The notes: generated from the sequence alone by a model not told the origin. Shown: positions 29,397 to 43,700, counted from the stretch's first letter. The stretch: DNA of 64,000 nt from the human T2T-CHM13v2.0 reference genome, Homo sapiens (GCF_009914755.1 NC_060931.1), one strand, 5' to 3'. Numbers and translations: made by a program.

Positions 29397-29744
29397 CTAC
29401 AGCTTGCCTCAAGGCTGTTTGATTTGTCCTCCTAGAAATCTATCAAGTTTTCTTTATTCAAACCACTCTCTGAGGTGGGGAAAAGCTCCAAATACTGTGT
29501 TTTAAGGAGTTGTGCCACCAAAACACCACATAGGAAAACCAAAAAGGATCTTTCCAAAAGATCCCTGAGACTTACGAATATGACTCCTGAGGAAAGACAG
29601 AATTGTTTGCAGATAAAGTGATCAATGTGTTAAAAACTGGCAGATGTGAAAAGGGGGGAAAAGAGATCAATGAACTGAGAGGGTCTGGAGTGGAAACAGG
29701 AGAGAGCCAGGGAGTCTTCAAAGGGAGTTGCTGGCTGGGTCTGT

Positions 29745-30216
29745 TGTAACTAAACCAATCTGGTTCAACTTTTATGCGACTAAGTTTTGAATTATTTTTT
29801 AGTTTCCACAGACCCCCAAGTTGAAGGTCACATAACTTGAGCGTGCCCAGATGAACCCAGTGTGCAACATGGGCATAACCTCAGTGGTTGGGCTGAGGAG
29901 CGGGGACTGAATTAAGAAGTGGACACGACATGGCGGGATCCAGGATCCAATCAGATCGAACCCTGGCATAACCCATGGCAGGATCCAGTCAGACCACACT
30001 TCCCAGCACCACCTCATTGCAAGACCCAACCAGATGATGCCTCACTACCCCTTGACCATAAAACCTGCCCCAACCCCTGACTCAGGAGACACACTTGAGC
30101 CCAACTCCTGTGTCCTCGCTCGGCTGCTTGGTAAAAACCCTTCTTGCTGCAAAAATCCAGTGCTTCAGTATTTGGCTTTCCATTACATGTGGGCAAATGG
30201 AACCCATTTGGTAACA
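29745..30216 (+). mobile_element. ERV1-class solo LTR (family not assigned)
   Basis: TGTAAC...GTAACA termini, perfect 4-bp TSD CTGT (29741-29744, 30217-30220), repeated CCAAT-type units, TATA-like CATAAAA near 30057. Confidence 0.85.
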
Positions 30217-30379
30217 CTGTGAACTCAGGGACTTGAATCAAATGAACTCTCAGCCTGGTGAGGTTGGTTTTGAAGAACTGGACAGAGCGTTTCTATTCTG
30301 ACTTATACTAATTAATTATGTTATGTATATTTTTATTTTGTCCAGTTTCTAGTAACAATAATTTGAAAAAAACAGTTAC

Positions 30380-30560
30380 AAGAACAATTTACTGAGTATT
30401 TACACTGTACTTTATATAAATTTCTTATTTATTCTCTGAACAATCTTAGTAACTCAGTTTATACATGAGAAAACCAAAGGCTGAGAGAGGTGGGGTAAGT
30501 TCCCAGAATCATATGGCGCACTTAATAATGGAACCGAGATTTGAACTCAAAGACCACACA
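30380..30560 (-). mobile_element. MIR
   Basis: ATGAGAAAACCAAAGGCTGAGAGAGGTGGGGTAAGTTCCCAG...GAACCGAGATTTGAACTC matches the MIR core. Confidence 0.7.
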
Positions 30561-30594
30561 ATTATGTGTGATACTATGGCAAACTGATGATTTC

Positions 30595-31376
30595 TTTTTT
30601 TTTCTTTTCTTTTTTCATTTTATTTTATTTTATTATTATTATACTTTAAGTTTTAGGGTACATGTACACAATGTGCAGGTTAGTTACATATGTATACATG
30701 TGCCATGCTGGTGTGCTGCACCTATTAACTCGTCATTTAGCATTAGGTATATCTCCTAATGCTATTCCCTCCCCCCTCCCCCCACCCCACAACAGTCCCC
30801 AGAGTGTGATGTTCCCCTTCCTGTGTCCATGTGTTCTCATTGTTCAATTCCCACCTATGAGTGAGAACATGCGGTGTTTGGTTTTTCGTCCTTGCGATAG
30901 TTTACTGAGAATGATGATTTCCAATTTCATCCATGTCCCTACAAAGGACATGAACTCATCATTTTTTATGTCTGCATAGTATTCCATGGTGTATATGTGC
31001 CACATTTTCTTAATCCAGTCTATCATTGTTGGACATTTGGGTTGGTTCCAAGTCTTTGCTATTGTGAATAGTGCCGCAATAAACATACGTGTGCGTGTGT
31101 CTTTACAGCAGCATGATTTGTAGTCCTTTGGGTATATACCCAGTAATGGGATGGCTGGGTCAAATGGTATTTCCAGTTCGAGATCCCTGAGGAATCGCCA
31201 CACCGACTTCCACAATGGTTGAACTAGTTTACAGTCCCACCAACAGTGTAAAAGTGTTCCTATTTCTCCACATCCTCTCCAGCACCTGTTGTTTCCTGAC
31301 TTTTTAATGATTGCCATTCTAATTGGTGTGATATGGTATCTCATTGTGGTTTTGATTTGCATTTCTCTGATGGCCA
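30595..31376 (-). mobile_element. 5'-truncated L1PA3-like LINE-1 (about 780 bp)
   Basis: Open ORF2 C-terminus ([13 protein letters not shown]...[18 protein letters not shown]...SLIGGN); 3'UTR reads GCTAAATGACGAG on the minus strand (not L1HS); 17-bp TSD GG(C/T)AAACTGATGATTTC at 30578-30594 / 31377-31393. Confidence 0.95.
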
Positions 31377-32052
31377 GGTAAACTGATGATTTCAATTCAA
31401 AGTTTATACAATAGTGAGTGCCATTTATACCTATTTTGGTTCTGAATTTGGTCTGATTCAAGTCTCTAGCAATTTATTTTGAATTTCTATATTCAGGTAT
31501 AAATGTTGTACTCACATACTCAAAACAAAAACATAGTCATTTACGTTTTGATATCTGCCTACACCCTTGTATTTGTGCAAAACATCAAGAATTCAATTTT
31601 TAAAAATAAAGAAAATCCCAGGAGAAAAGAAATCAATTTCCATAGAAATTTGAATAATGCCAGATTCATTCCATGAATACAATAAAAATGGAAAGTTGTT
31701 GATGAAAGAGATCTGTCCTTTCTTAGTCTGCATTCCCAATTGTTGGACACTGCTGTGATACCATTAGCTACTTAGGCTGACAGCACGTTACTCTCAGTTC
31801 ACACCTCTCGTAGCTTTACTAATTGAGTCATGGCATTATTATGACACTGTGAAGAATCACCTTGGGAAAAAATATAGGACAATTTTATCTGTAAAATGGT
31901 TTCTGAAGCATCCTCAAATCCTCGGCATATGTTTTTGGCAGATTGATTATTTCCGGAGTAGGCTTTCACAGCCACAAAAACAGAGCACCATTGTGGCAAT
32001 CCGGATTCGGCCTCTCCCTTCCTGCTAGGGTCAGGCAGATTAAATCACTACA

Positions 32053-32136
32053 TTTATATATATATATATAATATATATACAATATATATAATATATATAT
32101 CACTATGTTTATACATATATTTATATAATATATATA
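32053..32136. repeat. (TA)n low-complexity tract, probably the degraded tail of the adjacent minus-strand L1M 3' fragment (32137-32240)
   Basis: Visible TA repeat followed by GCTTTGAGATATAATTTACATATTATACAATTTACCAATTTAAAGTGTACAAT. Confidence 0.75.
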
Positions 32137-33272
32137 GAAGCAGCTTTGAGATATAATTTACATATTATACAATTTACCAATTTAAAGTGTACAATCCAAT
32201 GGCTCTTAGTACATTCACAGAGTTGAAACCACTACATTTTTGCCTGCCCTCCCTCAACCTATAATTTTTCCCCTTGAAAAAATAAACAGTTTTATTTGTG
32301 ATACTGCTTCCAAAAAATCCAGGGCCTTGGAGAGAATTTATCCAAAGTTGAAGAGGTCTCTGTTACTGGAGAGTCTTCTCTCTCATTCTCCACAGGAGTC
32401 CATTGCCCACTCAAATTCTTGCATGGGGTTGGATCCCGTGAGTCTGTCTGGATCTGCAGATTTGTTTCATTCTTACTAAACATTGGATATGAAATTGAGA
32501 AATCTATTCTGCATTGAATGTGTCATCCATTTAATAGCAAAATGCACCAAATGTTTCTGATTCAACTATTTGGGGAAACCCCCAATTCATGTCCGATTGA
32601 ATTTCAATATGATGGAATGCAATGGCCCACTCATCAGCTGCCAATGAACGGTTGGTTTATGTTTGTGGAGGCTTCATCATCTAAAAATTACTGCTAGAAT
32701 TCTTAATAAAAAACTTCAGTATGCCTAGAAATTACTAAGACAAACATATAAATTGAAGGCGGGAAATGTTTGACATTCTGGGAAAATTCCAAGTATCAGT
32801 AGCTCTCAATTTTTAAATATTATGCTAGCAAATCTTCCTGGTTTGCTTATTTATTTATATGTTTTTGAGGATATAAGGTATCGTACACATAAGAGATATA
32901 CTAGAAAATGAACAGTATCCCCTTTTAGTCCAATAGGAAAGATAGGTTGCATAAAAGTTACCAGATTTTTTTTGTAATTTGGTAATTTGGCTCCTATTTC
33001 CTTGTGGTGGCGGAAGCCCAATACAGCCCATCTTTCTCACTGGTTACAACTAAAAACTCTGGACAAATCTGGAAAAAAAGATAACCACCTGGATTCTGAA
33101 AAATAAAATGGAAAGATTTTGAAGGTGAGTCAACTTGGAGAGGACGTACATAAAGAGGGTTTTCTCTTTTTCTTTTTCCCCGACAGCAGCAGTCTCCAGT
33201 CATGGGGCTGGTGGCTAAAAGTCCAATAGGAACCTAATATTTCTGGGCAGAAGACTGTGAAAAGGGGCTATA

Positions 33273-33530
33273 CTGTTTAGTTTTATGTATTAACTTGACT
33301 GGGCCATAGGGTGTCCAGATGCTTTGTTAGAAGTCATTTCTGGGTGTGTCTGTGGGGATGTTTGTGGAGAAGATGAACATGTGAGTTGGTCAATTGAACA
33401 AATCAGATTGCCCTGTCTTATAGTGGTGGGCCTCGTCCAATCCGTGGAAGACTTGAACAGAACAAAGGGCTGAGGAAGGGCTGAGGAAGGGGGAGTTTAG
33501 TCTCTGCTTGACTGTCTTCAAGCTGTAGGT
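33273..33530 (+). mobile_element. MLT2 (ERVL) LTR, partial
   Basis: TTTTATGTATTAACTTGACTGGGCCATAGGGTGTCCAGAT...TCTGGGTGTGTCTGTG...GTGGGCCTCGTCCAATCCGTGGAAG is typical MLT2. Confidence 0.8.
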
Positions 33531-33764
33531 CAGTGTTTTTACCTAAGTGAATCCATTAGTAGGAATAATGGAGAGAATACAGTTTCTCAAAGTGAAGTGT
33601 TCAATATTTTTCAGAGACATACAAAGACCATGTCGTTTTCTACTGACATATTCAGGAAAATACAACAACTAGCAGCATCAATAATAGAATTGAATGAATT
33701 GCCTCATTGCCACCATTCATAAAAAAAAGAAATATGATTCAAATGAAAACAGAATTATATAGTA

Positions 33765-34730
33765 ATTTATTCATTTACTTTAAAAAATTACTGTATGTCA
33801 ACAATGGGTCAACCATTGTCTTCAGCTCTGGGGAAACAGAAGCACACAAAATAGACCCTGCCTTGGGGAACTTACACTCTAGAAGAGGAGGCAGATAACC
33901 AATAGATAAATGTATTTTTAAAATATCAGGTAGTGACACTCCTCTGAAGAAAAGTAAAGCAGGTTGAGGAGACAGTGAGAGTGCAGTAAAAGACCTCTCT
34001 GAAGAGGTGGTATTTGGGAAGTGACTTTAATAAAGTAAAGGTATGAGCCATGGAAATACACAAGAGAAGTGTTTAGAAGTCGGAGAGGTAACAAGTGCAA
34101 AGCCCCCAGGCAAACAGCATGTTGAGGCATCAGAAATGAACACAATGGGACTTGAGCTTGGCAAACAGGAAAAATGGTACAGGATTGAGAGGCAGCCAGG
34201 GACAGATAATGACCTTACAGGACTTGTGATTTTGCTCCAGGCTAGTGGGAATCTTGTGGTGTATTTTGAGCAGGGAGTTAATTTGATTTATATTTTAAAA
34301 GGATTACTGTTGTCACTGTGTGAAGATGGTGTATAGAATGAGAGGAAATGGTAAAACTAGTTAGGAAGATGCTATAGTAATCAAGGTGAACAGGAAATAG
34401 AGAGTGAGAGATTATCAAAATCAGATTATATTTCAAAAGCAGAGCTGTTAGGAATTGCTTATAGATTGGATGTGGAATGTAACAGAAAGAAAAGTCAAAT
34501 ATGATCAAAGTTGCTGGCTTGAACAACAGGAGAAATGGTGGTACCATTTAGTGACATGGAAAAAGACTAGGTAAGGAGCAGATCAATGGGACCAAGGAGG
34601 AGCCAGAAGTTTCTTCATAGACATTGGGTCTAAGAGGTCTATGAGAGTTTAAGTGAAGAAGTCAGCTGGGCATGTGGATAGAACAATATCAATAAAGTTA
34701 TCCCTAAGGCCCATTCCAACATTTAGAGAC
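33765..34730 (-). mobile_element. L2a LINE 3' portion
   Basis: Reversed L2 tail (TTCATTTACT...CTGGGGAAACAG...CCCTGCCTTGGGGAACTTACACTCTAG) followed by L2 body motifs (TTTTGAGCAGGGAG...TTTTAAAAGGATTACT). Confidence 0.8.
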
Positions 34731-35589
34731 CGTTAAAAAGTTATGAAAATGTACCGAGGAATTACACCAGAAAGAAATTGTTCTTATTGAAAACACAATA
34801 TGGTTCTGAGTTTAAAATGGAAAGCAAAACTTTACCGAATTTATCTCTCACAATGCCTAACAAAATGGGTTGGGGATGGGGGGGATAAAAATTCCAAGAA
34901 CAACTATTAAGATAAAACAACAAAAATAAAATTCCAAAACTAGGAACAACAAAAGAAATAGAATATAATCACTTCACCACCATTCTCCAAAATTATTTTG
35001 ATAAAGTCACAAAATCCTGAGATTTGTCACTTATACCTCAAATACAGGAATAAATAAATCCAGAAATAGCCTTATCTTGTTATTCTCTCATTAAAAATTT
35101 TTTAAAAAAACTGTTGTTGGAGAGAAAAATATAAAGTTAAGAAACTGAATAATGGGACTAACTATTTAATAAAAATAAGGCTTCAGGTCTATATACTAAA
35201 TTGAGGAAACATGCTGAAGTCCAAGGCTATCTCTCCATGGGATAGTATTTTTCATCTATCTAGATTGAATAAACTCTGGCATAGGAAGAAAAGGCAGAGC
35301 CCAGTTATTCTAATATTAACTGCAACTACTTCACTAAGCCTCTCTCAATCATACACTTTTATACAACCACATAATACACTTTTATTCCCTCAGGCTACAA
35401 AAATATGGAAAAAATACAAAGTGACTACTCCTCACTCAGAGAGGAAAGTCACTCACAGAGGAAAAACCTGGTGATAGATACAATAGAAGGAGATATTACT
35501 CACACTTTATCAGGAGAAATAACGTGTCTGGAGAGAGGCACCCAAACATGTGTAGGATGAGAAGACACAGCAGAAAAATCATGTAAACA

Positions 35590-35770
35590 TATAGCAGAAG
35601 AAAAAGGAAGTGAAGAAGGAGGATAAGGAAAAGACAAAGAAAGAGGAGGATGAAGAGAAAGAGGAAGAGGGAAGAGGGTAACAGGAAGCCAGAGGAGAGG
35701 GAGAAAAAGGAAGAGAAGACAAGGTGGAGAAAGAGGAGAAAGAGAAGGAAACAAGGAGTAGGAGAGAGAT
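35590..35770. repeat. GA-rich low-complexity tract
   Basis: Visible purine-rich run; explains the Leu/Phe/Ser-rich minus-strand ORFs. Confidence 0.85.
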
Positions 35771-35799
35771 GGCATAAAAACACAAAGTTTGAGTAAAAT

Positions 35800-36890
35800 A
35801 AAATGTAACTCAATAAACAGAAGAAAATTCTCTTTATTGTAGAATAACTTAACAAAAACATAATATCCATGAACAAATGATCAATGGTAAGATGATAAAA
35901 TAACTGAATAAGATGAAGTTTGAGTCCTAAGAGACACATCAAGGTTTAAAACAACACCAATATCAAACTAATAAGTAAGTTAGAAACAGAAAAGAACACA
36001 AGAGACTGCTGAAAATCTAATTATTGACCAAAATAAAAATTTTGACATAATCACAGTGACTACTTTTGGAAAGAGAAGATCAAATCAAAAAGAAGAAAGA
36101 GGGAGAGAGAAAGAAAGAAAGAAAAGAAAGAGAGAAAGATGAAGAAAGACAAGGGTGGTCCAAAATAAAAATAATTGGCATCCCTAAAGTAGAAAAATCA
36201 GTGAAGGAAAGAGGGAAGATGTTTATAATATAGAATTTTCCCAAAATGAATAATTTAATCTATAATTTTAAAAAGTATATGCCCTTTGAGGGATAGTTGA
36301 TACAGAATGCTCAACACCAAAATACATGCTGTTCAAGTTATTGAACTTCAATGACAGAAAATATTTCTTGTATATCTAGAGTAACAGTACAAATCATTGA
36401 CAAGGTGCTAAATAAGACATGACAGAGACTTCCCAAGTGAGACATTCAATCAAAAGACAAGAAAGCAACGTGCTGAGAAAAGACAATGTGGCCCAAGACT
36501 ATTATACCCAATTAAGATGTCAAGATGTAGTTCAAGAATAATGGTTACCAGATGAAATTGTCATAAAGATATTCAGGAATATAGCCCTCATGAGCCTCCT
36601 TAAATAAATCCATCCAATTAAAAGGTGTATCAGAATAAAACTCAGGAAAGGAGAAGCTGCAGTGAAAGGACTGGTGGTGACTTCTGAATCTATCTACAGA
36701 ACTAACCAATAGTGGACCATGACATAAATTATAGCTGCAGAGGAGAATTTTAATATGCTAAATCTATGATGCATAAAGTCATTAATAAGTATTTGGAGGT
36801 AGGTGGAGAGGAGGAGATGGAAAGAAATGAGAGTACTGATGTTGTTCTCTTCCAAAGCAGGAAGTTAATAGAGACTGCCAAAAATGGAAA
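35800..36890 (+). mobile_element. HAL1 or old L1 ORF1-like remnant
   Basis: A-rich degenerate ORF1-like sequence (CCAAGACTATTATACCCA...); tentative. Confidence 0.45.
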
Positions 36891-37139
36891 TTTTTATTGT
36901 TATTTATTATTTTTGAATAGTTTTTATTTTAAAAATCACACCTATAATATGATTCTATGTGATAAAATTATTTCTATCTTTCCATAAATATGTGTATAGG
37001 AAGATATCTAAAATAATGTTCCCCAATGTTAACTGTGGTAATTTTTGTGTGGCAGAATTTGGTGGGACTCTTTATTTGCATATTTTTTCCATCATTTTAA
37101 TTCTTCATAATGAGCATGACTTTTGTACAAATGTAATAA

Positions 37140-37600
37140 GACAAGGGAGGAGGAGAAATAGAGAGAGGTCAGTTAACAGATATAAAATTACAGCTAGATG
37201 AGGGCTCTAGATTCTACAGCTCTGTAGGGTGATTATGGTTAACAGTACTTTATTGTACATTTCAAACAGCTAGAAGAGAGGGTTTTGAATGTTCCCAACA
37301 CAAAGAACCAATACATGTTTGAGGTAATAGATGTACTAATTACACCAGGCACAGTGGCTGACATCCATAATCCCAGCACTTTGGGAGACTGATCTGGGAG
37401 CATTACTTGAGTTCAGGAGTTTAAGACCAGCCTGCGCAACATAGTAAGATTGTATCTCCAGATAAAAAATACACTAATTACCTTGATTTGATTCTTACAC
37501 ATGGTATACATATATCAAAAGAGCACACTGTACCCCATAAATATGTACAATTATTATATGTTGATTAAAATAATGAAAAAAACAAAAGTAATAAGATAAT
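37140..37600 (+). mobile_element. L1MA 3'UTR fragment interrupted by a FLAM
   Basis: AAAATTACAGCTAGAT...AGCTAGAAGAGAGGGTTTTGAATGTTCCCAACACAAAGAA...CTGTACCCCATAAATATGTACAATTATT. Confidence 0.85.
37344..37468 (+). mobile_element. FLAM (free left Alu monomer)
   Basis: Single Alu left monomer with short A tail; TSD core ACTAATTAC at 37335-37343 / 37473-37481. Confidence 0.85.
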
Positions 37601-38118
37601 TTTTGAGAAAAAACAAATATGATATGATTAATTCTAGGTGGTCATAATATGAAAGATTGTTATTTTATTTTCTTCATTGTACTTTTTATATTTTTAATTT
37701 TACTATTTTAATTTTAAAACAGAAAAATATTTTATGCTACATTTTTCATAATTCAATCCAACCTAAATGACTCTTTTCATGGTTTCACTTCACCTTCCAA
37801 TTCACAGACTACATACCAGAATAATGGACAGGATAAGTGGGAGTTTGAATTCGTCCAAGCTTTCCTCTTCGAGTTACATGCCCTAGTGTCAGCATCAGCA
37901 CAGAGGAGGTGATACTCTTTTCTGTGTACAAATGTGCCCTCTGCTCAGCAAGGCTGTAAGCCCAGATTGCTCTCTACCTGAGAAAGTACCTTTTTCTAAT
38001 TCACACAAAGTTGCCACATAGGGTAATTATGATCTTCATTTGCTTAATCAGATTCTGAAAAGAACAAATTCAGATTTTATTAGGACAAAGCAGAACACGT
38101 TTTAAGGGAAAATAATAA

Positions 38119-38472
<354 letters not shown>

Positions 38473-39762
38473 TATTTCAATACTTTTATAATTGCGAGAA
38501 TTTTACAATGTCTTTGGTTGATGTCTTCTGTTTAACAGACTGAGTTGTGTTATTCGCCCAAATGAGGAGTCTGAAGGGACTGTATCTTTTGGAAAATAAA
38601 GATTAAGAATGTATTTTATGAAACACTAGAACTAACTACATTGCTATACTGTAGAATTATCTGAACACCAAAAACAGGAATAATTTCACTGTGTCTGTTA
38701 AGGCACCCATGTATGATGGAAGCCTGGTTTCTTTTAATAAGCACTCAGAGTGATCAAACAGGGCAACTTCCCATTTTCAAGTTCTAAGAGGGCTTATTTA
38801 TTTATTTATTTATTTTTTGGTAGAGTCTAGGTTTTTCCATATAAGATCATGCTGTCTGCAGACAGGGACAATTTGATTTCCTCCTTTCTAATTTGGATGA
38901 CATTTACTTCTTTCTCCTGCCTAATTACTTTGGCTAGGCCTTCCTGTATTACATTAAATGCGAGTGGTGAGAATGGATGTTCTTGTTTTGTTTTAGTTCT
39001 TAGAGAAAAAACTTTCAGCTGTTGCATGTTCAGTAAGATGTTAGCTGTGGGTTTGTCATGTATGGCCTTTATTACTTGAGGTAATTTCCTTCTATACTTA
39101 ATTTATTAAGAGGTTTTTTTAATTATGAAAAGCTTTTTATCAAAAGCTTTTTCTGCATCTATTGAGATGATCACATGATTTTTGTCCTTCATTCTACAGA
39201 TGTGATGTGACATTTATTGATTTGCATGTTTTGAACCATCCTTGTATTCTTGGGATAAATTCAACTTGATCATGGGGATGTGTTGTTTTTGATATATTGT
39301 TTGATTCAATTAGCTGGTATTTTGTTGAGTGTTTTTTGTGTCTGTGTTCATCAGGGATATTGGCCTGTAGTTTTCTTTCTGTGTTGTGTTCTTATCTGGT
39401 TTTGGTATCAGGGTTGGTTATGCTGGTCTCATAGAATGAGTTAGAAAGAATTTCCTCTGCTTCGATTTTTTTAAATAGTTTGAGAATAGTTATTATAAAT
39501 TCTTCTTTAAAGGTTCAGCAGAATTCAGTGGTGAAGCCATCTGGTCCTGGACTTTGCTTTATTGGAAGACTTTTTACTACTGATTCAATCTCATTACTTG
39601 TTATTGGTCTTTTCAGGATTTTTAGTTACTTCTTGGTTCAATCTTGGTAGGTTGTATGCATCTAGGAATTTATCCATTTCCTGTAGGTTTTTAAATTTTT
39701 GGCCTATAGTTGTTCATAGTAGTTTCTAATAATCCTTTGTATTTCTATGATATCCCTTGTAA

Positions 39763-40096
<334 letters not shown>

Positions 40097-40353
40097 TTGG
40101 GTTTTTTTCTTAGTTTAGCTAATGGTTTGTTGATTTTATTTATCTTTTTGAAGCACAAGCTTATTGTTTCATTGATCATTTATGTTTTTTGTCTCAATTT
40201 TGTTTATTTCTGCTTTGATCTTTATTATATCTTTCCTTCTACTAATTTTAGCCTTGGTTTGTTCTTGCTTTTCTAGTTCCTTGAGATGCACTGTTAGGTT
40301 GTTTATTTAAAATCTTTCTATTTCTGATGTAGGCAAGTTTATAGCACTTACTG

Positions 40354-40714
40354 TGTATTAGTCTGTTTTCATGCTGTGGATAAAGACATACCTGAGACTG
40401 GTAATTCATAAAGAAAAAGGAGGTTTAATGGACTCACAGCTCCACATGGCTGAGAAGGCCTCACAATCACAGCAGAAGGTGAAAGACAGGTCTTAAATGG
40501 CAGCAGGCAAGAGAGAGAATGAGAAGCAAGTGAAAGGGGTTTCCCCTTATAAAACCATCAGATCTCATGAGACTTATTCACTACCATGAGAACAGTATGG
40601 GGGAAACTGCCCCCATGATTCAATTACCTCCCACCAGGTCCCTCACACATGTGGGAATTATGGGAGCCAAAATTTGAGATGAGATATGAGTGGTGATACA
40701 GCCAAATCACATCA
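40354..40714 (-). mobile_element. THE1B/C solo LTR nested in L1
   Basis: TGTATTAGTCTGTTTTCATGCTG...CAGCCAAATCACATCA; perfect 5-bp TSD TACTG at 40349-40353 / 40715-40719. Confidence 0.93.
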
Positions 40715-43700
40715 TACTGCTATAAACTTGGCTCTTACTATTGCTTTTGCTATGTTTCATTGGTTTTGTTATGTTGTACTTTTATTTTCATGTTTTGAGG
40801 AATGTTTAAATTTAATTCTTAATTTCTTTCTTCACCAGTCATTCTGAAGCATGTTGCTTAATTTCCATTCATTTTTATAGTTTAAATGTTCCTCCTGGTA
40901 TGGACGTTTAGTTTTATTTCATTGTGGTCAGATTATATATTTGATATATTTCAATTTGTAAAAATTTTTGAGACTTTTTTTGTGTTCTTAGCATATGGCC
41001 AATCCTGGAGAATATTCCAGGTGCTGATGAAAATAATATATTATATATTCTTCAGCCGTTGGGTAAAATGTTCTGTAAATGTTTGTTAGGTTCATTTGGT
41101 CTATGGTGGATTTTTAAATCTGATATTTCTTTGTTAATTTTCTGTCAAGATGATATCTTTAATACTGAGAGTGGAGTGTTGAAGCCCTCGGCTATTGTTG
41201 CATTGGGATCTATTGCTCCCTTTAGATGTAATATTTGCTTTATATATCTGGGAGTTGTGCAGTTGGGTGCATATATATTTACAATTGCTAATTCTCTTGT
41301 TGAATTGACCCCTTTATTATTATACAGTGCCCTTCTTTGCCTCTTTTTACAGCTTTTAACTTAAAGACGTTTGTTTTGTCTGACATAAGCATAGCTATTT
41401 CTGCTCACTTTTGGTTTCCATTCGCATGAAATAACTTTTCCCATCCTTGCACTTTCAGTCTATGTGTGTCTTTGCAGGTGAGGTGAGTTTCTTGCAGGCA
41501 GTATATAATTGGGTCTTTCTTTATCCATTCAGCCAGTCTATATTTTTCAAGTGGGGAATTTAATCCATTTACATTCAAGGTTAATACCGGTAAGTGAGGA
41601 CTTTTGTCATTTTATTGACTGCTTTCTGGTTGTTTGGCATTCCTTTGTTCCTTACATCTTCTCTTATTGTTTATTTTTGTGGTTGGGTGGTTTTCTGCAG
41701 TGATAAGTTTTGATTCTTTTCTCTTTCTCCTTTGTGTATTAGCTCTACCTGTGAGTTTTTATAGTTTCACATATTTTTATGATGGTGGTTATTGTCTTTT
41801 CACTTCCAGATGTAAGACTGCCTTAAGCATCTCTTGTAAGGCCAGTCTAGTGATGATAAATTCCCTCAGTTTTTACTTGTCTGTGAAGAGGTTTTGTTTA
41901 TCTTTTATTTCAGAACTATAGACTTCCTTGGTATAATATACTTGGTTAGTAGTTTTCTCTTTCAATACTTTGAATATATCATCCAATTATCTCCTGGCCT
42001 GTAAGATTTCTGTGGAGAAATTCATTGTTAGTCTAATGGAGATTCCATTATATGTGACTTGATGGCTTTTCTCTTACTGATTTAAATTCTTTCTTTGTCT
42101 TTGACTTTTGACAATTTGACTATAATGTGCCTTGTAGAGAACCTGTTTGGATTGAATCTATTTAGAATTTTTTCGGTTTCCTGGGCCTGATGTCTATCTT
42201 TCTCCCAAGACTTGAGAGGTTTTCTGTTATTATTTCATTAAGTATGTTTTTCTCACTTTTTTCTTCTCCTTTTAGAATGCCCATCATACAAATATTTGTT
42301 TGCTTAATGATGTCCCATAAATCTTGTAGGCTTTCTTCATTTTTTGTTTTGCTTTGTCTGCCTATGTTATTTCAAGAGACATATCTTCAAATTTAGAAAT
42401 TCTTTCTTCTGCTTGGTCTAGTCTGTTGTTGAAACTCTCAATTGTATTTTTTATTTCATTCATTGAATTCCTCAGCTCTAGGATTTTCATTTCATTCTTT
42501 TTAATGATATCTATCTCTGTTGAATTTCTCATTCAAATCATGAATTGTTTTCCTGATTTCATTGAATTGTCTATTCGTATTCTCTTATATCTCATTAAGT
42601 ATCCTTAAGATTATCGTTTTGCGTTCTTTTTGTGGCATTTCATGTATTTCCTTATGACTGGTTTCTGTTACAGGAGAATTATTGTTTTCCATTGGAGGTG
42701 ACATATTTCCTTGCTTTTTCATGGTTGATGCATCCCTACACTGATTTCTATACATCTTGTGGGAAAGTCCCCTCTTTCCATTTTGTGTAGTAGATTTTGT
42801 AGGGAAGAATTTATTTGTATGAATGGGTCTTGGAGGGCTAGTTCAGTGGGGTGTGTTGGCTTTGGTTCTAGGTGGATGTATTAGTGTAGTCTCTGTGTAG
42901 TTTCTTCAGCTGTAATCTATACAAGTGGCATTTGCAAGTTTCTCAGTGGCCTAGGTTAAGACAGTTTGCAGTGACAGTGTTGCAGCTTTGTCAAGGATGG
43001 GCTTTCTGGGCTATTTCTCAGGTCGAGAGTGTGTGTATTCACATGGTGGGTCAGCCAACTGAGTTCTGACTCACTGGGGTTGCGGCTGTGGGGCTATTAC
43101 TCCAGCCAGGAGCACAAGCACATGGTTGCTCAGCCAACGTGGGAGCATTGCTTCCAGGAGCAACTTATGGAGCTGTTTTTCAGGCCTAGGATGTGAGTGC
43201 ACAGCTACTCGGCTGACCTGGGGGTGTGCCTACCAAGGGCAACCTGTGGGACTGTTTCTCAGTCCCATATTGGAGATGCAGGGTCATTGGGCAGGCCAGG
43301 AGCATGCTTGTGGGGGTTGAGGATGCTACGGGGCTGTTCTGAGAGCAAGTATGTAGCCATTCCATTGGCCCCAGAGTGTATCAGCTACTTGGAAGCTCAG
43401 GGTCTCCCACATAGGGGTGTGTGTGCAGCAGCTTAGCTGACTTAAGAGCATGTTCATCCTGAGCGGGACTGGCAGATTATTCCTTCAACTGGAAGTGTAG
43501 CCAATCCTGGGCCCAGGGTCCACACAGCTGGGTTTGTAGCATTCAATCACCTATGTGGGCCTTGCATAATGAAGATGGAGCTTCAGTGCTGGAGAGATAC
43601 AGTAGCTACTGGCCCTCAGAGAAGGGTGCACTCCAGAGATATGGAGTTTCAAGGTGGCTCTGGTTTTAAGACAGTACTGTACTGTGGCAGTTTGGCTCGC

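Noticed and set aside
30844-31461. 205-aa ORF containing the intact ORF2p C-terminal Cys-rich region
   Set aside because: Open frame of a fairly young truncated L1, extended by chance into flanking DNA from a non-ATG start.
35496-35942. Hydrophobic membrane-protein-like ORFs
   Set aside because: Translation artefact of the complement of a GA-rich low-complexity tract.
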